Assembly (NCBI GenBank): GCA_951406725.2
Contig: OX597814.1
Location: 121,830,001-121,894,000, forward strand
DNA from: Octopus vulgaris
Lineage: Eukaryota
Length of the DNA: 64,000 bases
Direction: 5' to 3'
Below are positions 55,557 to 64,000 of the stretch, piece by piece (positions within the stretch are counted from its first letter, which is position 1; each line of letters opens with the position of its first letter). The notes beneath the pieces are model-generated. The model searched no databases. It saw only the letters and a list, made by a program, of their open reading frames with translations, and was not told the origin of the DNA. A program made the translations under genes and the position numbers.

Positions 55557-55776
55557 AGTGTATATGTTTGTGTGTCTGTGTTTGTACCCCCCCCCCCCAA
55601 CATCACTTGACAACCGATGCTGGTGTGTTTACGTCCCCGTAACTTAGTAGTTCGGCAAAAGAGACCGATAGAATAAGTACTAAGTTTACAAAGAATAAGT
55701 TCTGGGGTCGATTTGCTCGACTAAATGCGGTGCTCCAACATGGCCGCAGTCAAATGACAAGTAAAAGAGTAAAAGA
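55350..55776 (+). mobile_element. SINE family B, full length, young
   Basis: ggcgcaggag-TGGTTGTGTGG (A box), GAGTTCATTCCC (B box), ccttgggcaag core, internal (TA)n and a gtaaaaga-repeat tail. Confidence 0.95.
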
Positions 55777-56093
55777 ATACTAAAGTAAAAGACAATCTGA
55801 ACACACACACACACACACACACGGAGCATTTCTATTCACATCTCTGAGTTTCTCGGTAGCATCGAATGCGATTTCCTTGGATTTGTTACCGTTATACACC
55901 TGTCGTGAGCTGTCTGTTTCATGCTTTTGGAATTAAGTTTAGACCGTCAACTTTAACGATACAGAGGCTGCCTTTAGATGGTATGTAGTGTGTCGACATA
56001 AGTATACATGCATTTATATAAATGTGTATATATATGCACATATATATTTATTTATATATTGTATAGATATATGTGTGTTCGTGTGTACTTATG

Positions 56094-56158
<65 letters not shown>

Positions 56159-56174
56159 GTATGTGTGTGTGTGC

Positions 56175-56316
56175 GAGTGGCTGTGTAGTAAGTAGCTTGC
56201 TTACCAACCACATGGTGCTTGATTCAGCCCCACTACGTGTCTCCTACTACAGCCTCGGGCCAACCAAAGCCTTGTGAATGGATTTCGTAGACGGAAACTG
56301 AAAGAAGCCCGTTGTA

Positions 56317-56409
<93 letters not shown>

Positions 56410-56608
56410 TTGTGTGTCTGTGTTTGTCCCCCCAAAATCGCTTGACAACCGATGCTGTTGTGTTTGCGTCCCCGTAACTTAGCGGTTCGGCAAAAGATAC
56501 CGATAGAATAAGTACTAAGCTTACAAAGAATAAGTCCTGGGGTCGATTTGCTCGACCATGCGGAAGTCCAGCATGGTCGCAGTCAAATGACTGAAACAAG
56601 TAAAAGAG

Positions 56609-56610
<2 letters not shown>
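56175..56610 (+). mobile_element. SINE family B with expanded internal (TA)n(TG)n
   Basis: Same consensus as 55350-55776 with small deletions. Confidence 0.92.
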
Positions 56611-56681
<71 letters not shown>

Positions 56682-57084
56682 AGAGAAAGAGAAAGATGAC
56701 TCTTTCTCTCTCTCTCTCTCTCCCTTTCTCTCTCTCTCTCTAAATACATTCATAGATGATGATGATTAACGTAGAATATCACAGCCCTTTCGACGCATGC
56801 GGAACCAACTGCACTCACCATTAATCCAATACTTGTGTTAACAATGACACATCAAATCAGCTTTGAATAAGCAATATGTACGAAATTTACCTTTCCACAC
56901 CAGCGATTAGATTAGAGTGATGGACACTTGAGTGGAACTGTTATCAGTTTTGATAGCACCAAGTTGATGGAAACTAGCGTGGGACTTCAGGATATTTTTG
57001 TGATAGTAACAACGACTAAATATCACGTCCTCTGCACCCTTCATCACTTTTTAGTAACGGTTTTGAATTGCGTCTAGCCACCTT

Positions 57085-57108
57085 CATTATTATTATTACT
57101 ATTATTAC

Positions 57109-57193
<85 letters not shown>

Positions 57194-57213
57194 ATTATTA
57201 TTATTATCATTAT
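57085..57213. repeat. (TTA)n(TTG)n repeat
   Basis: Read directly. Confidence 0.95.
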
Positions 57214-57239
57214 TGTGTGTGTGTGTATGCGCTTGTTTG

Positions 57240-58197
57240 CGTACGTACATGCAGAGTGGTTGTCTCTTCCTTATACAGAGTTTGACCACCTCCTGTACAT
57301 ACACCTCACAATCATGGCATCTGATGTGACTTTTTAAACCAGACAATGTTCTGAAAAGACACCCAGAAAGATTGCACCTCCGATTTGGACCACCAAGTTC
57401 TGCTATTTGTGGATCTTAAAATGTCTTATGAGGCCTTGCAAACATTCTGGCATATACTGCATTCGAAGGTGTTCACATACATATAGGCAGAATAGTTGGT
57501 AAAGGTTCGTTTTCTATGCGTTCGCAGATGAGATTTGAGGCCAGCAAAAGACAGGCATGGTTTGTCCCAGACTGTGCACGCATAGAGGTCATTATCATTC
57601 ACCTTCTCAATTTTTACACATTTCCTTAGATCTCTTTTGAGTCTTACATGCGTTATTCTGGCCTCTTCAAATGCTTTCACTTCACTCCACACCTTTGTTC
57701 GCCATCCAGCTGAATCCGAAGCAAGGGTTTCTATATCTTTTACTCTCTTTTACTCCTAGTTGTTTCAGTCATTTGACTGCGGCCATGCTGAAGCACCGTC
57801 TTTAATCGAGCAACTCGACCCCGGGACTTATTCTTTGTAAGCCTAGTACTTATTCTATCGCTCACTTTTTCCGAACCACTAAGTAACGGGGACATAAACA
57901 CACCAGCATCGGTTATCAAGTAATGCTAGGGGGACAAACACAGACACACAAACACACACACGCATATATATACATATATACGACGGGCTTCTTTCAGTTT
58001 CCGTCTACCAAATCCACTCACAAGGCTTTGGTCGGCCCGAGGCTATAGTAGAATACACTTGCCCAAGGTGCCACGCAGTGGGACTGAACCCGGAACCATG
58101 TGGTTGGTAAACAAGCTACTTACCACACAACCACTCCTGCGCCTTCCATCTTGGAACAATTCCAAGTGACTTCATATTAGTCCTTATGCCATCCTTA
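57240..58197 (-). mobile_element. RTE-clade LINE 3' end with three C2H2-like zinc fingers, interrupted by SINE B
   Basis: [15 protein letters not shown] | SINE | IETLASDSAGWRTKVWSEVKAFEEAR (RTE C-terminal pattern). This is followed by CTVWDKPCLSFAGLKSHLRTH, CSICQNVCKAS (broken) and CNLSGCLFRTLSGLKSHIRCH. Confidence 0.82.
57736..58143 (-). mobile_element. SINE family B, full length, young, inserted in the RTE
   Basis: Near-consensus copy. A possible short TSD atctt lies at 57735-57739 and 58148-58152. Confidence 0.95.
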
Positions 58198-58210
58198 CAT
58201 ACATACATAC

Positions 58211-58241
<31 letters not shown>

Positions 58242-58266
58242 CATACATACATACATGCATACATAC

Positions 58267-58331
<65 letters not shown>

Positions 58332-58334
58332 TGC

Positions 58335-58622
58335 ATTTACAATCCAGGAACAGGAGATTGCCGAACAAGAGAGAGTGACGCCTTTGTAATCCCAAGGTGC
58401 AACCGCATGTATAGGCTACGTCATGCTTCTCTGGAAAACATTACGCATGTGATTAGCAGATGTCCTAAAATAGCCTTACGGTACTACCTCGCTATGCAGC
58501 ACAATGTTGTTGCTAAAACAGTTTACAATGCCATCCGTAAAAAAAGACTGTCCTGAAACAAAGTTAGAAAATCCTTCTGTTTTGGAATACATTCATAAAC
58601 ACCAACTCAAAGAATACTGGAA
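58335..58622 (+). mobile_element. Internal fragment of an RLE-type (R4/Dong-like) non-LTR element: decayed CCHC knuckle region
   Basis: [10 protein letters not shown]...[51 protein letters not shown] matches the pattern AIQEQ...CRLC...ExxxHxxSxC...RHDxVA. Confidence 0.8.
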
Positions 58623-58692
58623 GAGATATACATACATACATACATACATACATACATACATACATACATACATACATACATACATACATACA

Positions 58693-58726
<34 letters not shown>

Positions 58727-58769
58727 CGTAGGTATGCATGTACATATGTATCATATATTTTAGCATTTA

Positions 58770-59130
58770 CTTATTTTCGTCAATGGACGGCGGCCCTACT
58801 GGGCCAGCAGCTTGAATGGTTTAGTTCAAAATATCGATCTCAGTAATATTTCATTTTTAAAGGGCTGAAACTTGATCCATCAGAATCTCTTGCCGAACAG
58901 CTAGGTTACGGGGTGGGCGTGAGCAAGCCAGAATCGAGTCATGCGCCGGATGTGAAACACAAACAAACATACGTACCTACCTACACTAACAAACATACAT
59001 ATACGGGTTTTATAAAGTTTCCTTATACCATTCCAAATTTACTCATACGTGATTGATAGGACCAGTGATATGTCATTAGACATTTACCAAAGGTTCTGCA
59101 CAGCGGGTCAAGACTTGAAACCTCATGCTA
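58770..59130 (-). mobile_element. Highly degenerate SINE B
   Basis: ctcttgccgaacagctaggttacgggg and acatttaccaaaggttctgcacagcggg resemble the reverse complement of family B. Confidence 0.55.
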
Positions 59131-61264
59131 ATTCTACCCTTTTGCAAAGCAATACCCTTTTGCTCTTGTAGGTTATGGTTTCATTTCATCTCCTACTCAC
59201 CCCGCACATACACATATATGCGCATATATATGCACACGTACCCTGACACATAAGTTCAGAACATATGCATGTAAATGCATATAGAAAAAAGCAGGTTTCA
59301 TATATATGCTTTATAAACATTCACGGGTTTCAGCGAATTATGGTTATAATTACGCATGTGATGTTCAAGCATTAATGAATCATATTTAAAAGTACTTCAG
59401 ATATGAAAGGGGCGTGAGACCCACTGTTGATACTGAACGTTGGTTAAGGCTCACGCTTCAAGTGTATATATGCTCTACACTTTAATACGATTGTATGTGT
59501 CTATATGCATGTATCTATGTAAATATGTATGTAAGTATGAGTGATTCTTTCCTTCGAGAACGACGTATGATCGTTCACTTGTTTCATCAACTGAACGCCA
59601 TATTCATTGAATTATCGTGTGACACGTATGTGTATTTGAATAAGTGTAGTTCTTTATATATGTGGACATATATTCGTGTATGTAGGATGTATGTATGTAT
59701 CTATTGATCTATCTATGTGTTTATCTATGTATATAAATTAAGAATAATATAATACGATAAAAGGAATACAATTAGATTTTCCATTATAGTCATTTTGTTT
59801 CTGCTTTACTCCCAGATAAGGTTCAAAGATTACCATTGGTGGGTACAAATGAGATAATTTTCCAGCTCACTAGATAGTATCTTACTAGCTTAGGTTCGGC
59901 TTCAACTCATCGCCCATCAAATTTTATAGGAAGAAAAGCAGTTATTTACTTTTTAGAACCGCATCCTACGCACATGATTTAACATTCGAAACTGGTGTGA
60001 AAACAGAAATTTCATTCACATTTATCTAAGCGATATCAGAATAAAGTTGCAATTTTTTTCTTTCTCTTCCTAGATAATATAAAAGGGCGTAAAACGTACC
60101 CTTTAACATATTTTTGAATGACTAGTTGGCAGTGACAAGTTTACTGCTTCGAATAATCATATCACAATTCTAGATATTGACCGCTCGCAGAGAATATGGC
60201 GAACAAATTCCCCCACCAACACCACCACACTTAATCCATAAAAACGAAAGTGCGGATATTTCATGAATACAATCATATTGCTAAAATATCTTTCCCTTTC
60301 TCTCTCTCTCTCTTTCTCACTCGTATTCTTACGTGAACAATACTCCCGTCAACTAATCACAAGAAAGTGGTTATGTGACCTATGACCCATCTTTCTTTAC
60401 ACCTACTTATTTTAAAGCGCTATCACTTAACCATATTCTTTCTGGTAGTTGATTTACGCCCCTACTAAACTTTTGCTTTTATATTTTTCCCCAATAAATG
60501 CATTCTGCAAGCTCCCTTGACGACTATTTATCGTACACATATCGATTTCTGCAATGCACATAAGGCACCGGATTTATAAAGCAACAGAAATGAGAGGGTT
60601 GTGATATTCCAATCTTTTTCAGGAGTATTAACAACTAAATGGAATTTTAATACCTGCTCGATGCTATTGTACATTTCTCATGCAGGTGAATCTGTCTGTT
60701 AAGGCATCAATGTCACAATAACCGTTTCTTCTCTACTTATTAGGAATCGAAATGAAGTACTCTCAACATTTGTATAAGATATTGAATATTCTCTAAAGAC
60801 AGGATGCTATTACACAATGGCGTACTGTACTATAATTTTAACTATGCAAAATGTACAGACACATACACACACAGAGCATGTAAGACCAATTCTTAGAATC
60901 AAAAGTCCAAGAAATCCCTGTGCGTGAATTAGTTTTTGTGTGGGTATAGTGATGTACGGCATTGAACGTACTTTTCAATGCAAATAGCTAAAATCACTAG
61001 TGGAAAAAAATCAGGTTGAGCCGACAGAAAAAGTCTTTCTAATGAATATTAATTCGCACTTCTAAGCTAACCTGGATGTGTTGTTTCTAAAGCCGTAAGC
61101 TGGTAAACGTCCCAGGAAATCATTTCGTATAGACGACAAAAGCTAAAAGTCATCAAAATTCTACCAGTTGACTAAATTTAAACACAACTGGTGGATGGCA
61201 CTACTGTATCACATGTTTTAACAAATAGCTAGAATAGTTAAGGAACCAACGACATTTTGTTGGC

Positions 61265-61797
61265 AAGATCATGATAACTTTCTTTTGTACTCTAGGCACA
61301 AGGCCCGAAATTTATCGACTCCGAATTCGGCGGAATTTGAACGCAGAACGTAAAGACAGACGAAATACCTACTTATATTTCTTTACTACCCACAAGGAGC
61401 TAAACACAGAGGGAACAAACAAGGGCAGACAAACGGATTAAGTCGATTATATCGATTATATGGTACTTAATTTATCGACCCCGAAAGGATGTAAGGCAAA
61501 GTCGAACTCGACGGAATTTGAGCTCAGAACATAAAGACAGACGAAATACCTATTTCTTTATTACCCACAAGGGGCTAAACATAGAAGGGACAAACAAGGA
61601 AAAATAAATGTATTAAGTCGATTACATCGACCCCAGTGCGTGACTGGTACTAAATTTATCGACTCCGAAAGGATGAAAGGCAAATTCGACCTCGGCGGAA
61701 TTTGAACTTAGAACGTAACGGCAGACGCAATACCGCTAGGCATATCGCCCGGCGTGCTAACGTTTCTGCCAGCTCGCCGCCTTAAGATCATGATAAC
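61265..61797 (-). mobile_element. Trimeric SINE A composite flanked by a single 14-bp TSD
   Basis: aagatcatgataac occurs at 61265-61278 and 61784-61797. Three cggaatttga-ctcagaac-type units lie between, and only the last has a complete head. Confidence 0.92.
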
Positions 61798-62004
61798 ATT
61801 GAATAAATTGTCTGGTGGAATTGTATTAATATACTTTATAAAATGAGTTGAAATTCCGCTGAGATCGTATTTGCCTCTCATCATTCTGAGGCTGATAGAA
61901 TAGCGTACCAGCCAAATGCTGGTGCTAATTTAATCCTTTTTAATGTTCCTGAATACGTATGTCCGGACATTGATGTCTGAAATCAATAACAAGGTCTGTT
62001 TTTT

Positions 62005-62180
62005 TTTTCGAGGAGTGGTATTATGGATCCCAGTAATGGCTAGGTAGTTTCATTTATCGACCACGAAAGGATGAAAGACAAGTTTGACCTCGGCGACATT
62101 TGATCTCAGAACCTAAAGAACTGGAACAAATATCACAAGGCATTCACTCCAACGCTCTAATGACTCAGCTACTCCACCGT
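62005..62180 (-). mobile_element. Degenerate SINE A
   Basis: tttatcgaccacgaaaggatgaaagacaagtttgacctcggcg. Confidence 0.7.
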
Positions 62181-62454
62181 CCATCCGTGAATAATAATAA
62201 TGAGAAGACTCGTTAATTAATCATTGTTCACTAATTGATGTTGATTTTGTTGCTCACCCAAATAAACATACATTCCGAATCAATTAAACTACTTAATTGG
62301 ATTGTACACTATTGTAATTCGAGTTTTTTTTTTACACTTACCTTATCACCACCGTCGCCGCCGCCGTCACCAGCACCAGCACCACCACTATCGCCAACAT
62401 CATCATCATCGCTATAATCATCACAAAGTGATAACTCCGACAAATCAAATTCAC

Positions 62455-62700
62455 AACAGTCACCTGCTCATCGAATTAACCAGATCTGGATCCCTCAAGA
62501 TATGCAGGTGTATACAAGCAGATTGGACATTGGAGAGAATACAACGCGTCCAGACGGCAAACGCTGGACTTCAAATGTATTAGCATCGTGCAGTATGGTC
62601 AAAGATAAAGAAGACACATGGCATAAATTCATAAACGGAAATGCTCTTTGCCTCAAGTTCTACGACCGACGATCTCAATACCATGGCTACAATCAGAAAT
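62455..62700 (+). mobile_element. Decayed RTE-like LINE 3' end
   Basis: TRSGSL...TLE, then RPDGKRWTSNV...MVKDKEDTWHKF resemble the RTE terminal pattern GHxxR...GxxEG...RGRPxxRW...DRxxWR. It ends at a (TTG)n run. Confidence 0.5.
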
Positions 62701-62868
62701 TGTTGTTGTTGTTATTATACTTCTCAAAGACCTCGGCTTACTTACTCTAGTTGATTCTGTGACAGCGGACAGCAACATGTTGTCAAATGTCTCACTAGGT
62801 CTCTTATCTCACATTATATTGAAGTCTTTCAATATAATGTCTGGCCTATTCGCATCTATCTTTCTGTC

Positions 62869-63124
<256 letters not shown>

Positions 63125-63128
<4 letters not shown>

Positions 63129-64000
63129 CTTCTAGTATTTTATTGCCTTTGCACAGCTTTTAACGCTGGAGATGTACTAAAGTGTCAGCTGTTCACTACC
63201 AGTAAACTAAGGTAACACCCCTTATTTTTTGAGCACCATCTGGAATATTCGAGCAGTTCCAAGCAGTGATGTTTTCTGCAAGTATTGCACCCTTATTGCA
63301 GCCACTATTTGTTCCATGTATTTCTCAAGATTTTACTCACTGTTCCTAGAGCTCCGACAATTATTGGTATTATTACCAACTTTTTTAGCGACCACAACTC
63401 CACAAGCTAACCTACCAAGCTAACCTGTTATGTATATCGACTTTTCTTCTTTATCGCTTTATTGTTCAGTAGCTGATCTTTACAACCGTATGAGCCCTCG
63501 CAGCATCCCTTCTACTCTTCTGGGAAGAGGTTTTCTTCCAGATGTTAGCCCATTCTCTGCGATATTATTACAGTAAAGTCTTTGTAAATTGTAGGGAGAC
63601 AAGTTATTGGTCTGTAATTTTGTGGGTTTGCCGTTTCAGTGGATTTGGGAATTAGGAGAGCTTTGCCTTCCGTGAGCCATTTAGACATTGTCTCTGGTTC
63701 TGCATTTTATGTGTTCCTGTTAGGTATATTAATCAGAAGTTAGAGATTTTGTCATGCTCGGGTGCCTTCCATTCGCTTAATTTTTGTAGTGCCTTGGTGA
63801 CCCCTTCAGTTGTAATAGGGGTCCAGAATTGTTGAGGTGCTGTGTTCGTTGCTTTGATGGATCATTTCTGAGGTTGTTCCTTCGCTGACGATATTTCTTT
63901 CCAAAATTCGTCTACTTCTTCTTCTGTTGGTGCTGCATTCATCTCTATTTTATTTTTGCCAAGTTCTTGGTAGAATCGTCTGGGGTTGGAGTTGAACTGT
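63125..64000 (-). mobile_element. Internally deleted R4/Dong-like non-LTR retrotransposon (continues beyond the window)
   Basis: The RT N-terminal motifs KWLTEGKALLIPKSTETANPQNYRPITCLPTIYK...FPEE*KGCCEGSYGCKDQLLNNKAI join at about 63450 to the RLE C-terminus LWSLKKLVIIPIIVGALGTVS...LQKTSLLGTARIF. The 3' UTR has AATAAA and abuts a (TAA)n-rich tract. Confidence 0.9.

Noticed and set aside
57426-57692. Host C2H2 zinc-finger gene
   Set aside because: It is contiguous with RTE C-terminal motifs, is broken by a stop or frameshift, and lacks TGEKP linkers.
61279-61783. CRISPR-like repeat-spacer array
   Set aside because: The units are long SINE fragments with homologous rather than unique spacers. 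The context is eukaryotic and there are no cas genes.

Overview
This is AT-rich eukaryotic non-coding DNA saturated with microsatellites (TA, GATA, TATG, TAA, TCA, GAA, GA) and decayed mobile elements. The SINE families and repeat landscape most resemble an Octopus (coleoid cephalopod) genome; this is an inference from recognition, not from a search. I can support no intact host protein-coding gene: almost all ORFs in the track are translated microsatellites. Supportable features are many copies of at least three tRNA-derived SINE families (here called A, B, C), two mariner transposon remnants (one full length with TIRs and TA flanks), and fragments of RTE, CR1/L2-like and R4/Dong-like non-LTR retrotransposons. 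The most unusual structure is a perfect 125-bp inverted repeat (42966-43337) enclosing minimal hammerhead-ribozyme-like motifs, nested in the (TA)n of a SINE. Further decayed hammerhead-like motifs lie at about 8.96, 34.7 and 51.6 kb. The window also has a perfect 172-bp (ATCT)21/(AGAT)21 palindrome, a fold-back SINE head, a trimeric SINE flanked by one 14-bp target-site duplication (TSD), and an RTE ending in three C2H2-like fingers. Boundaries of decayed elements are approximate.
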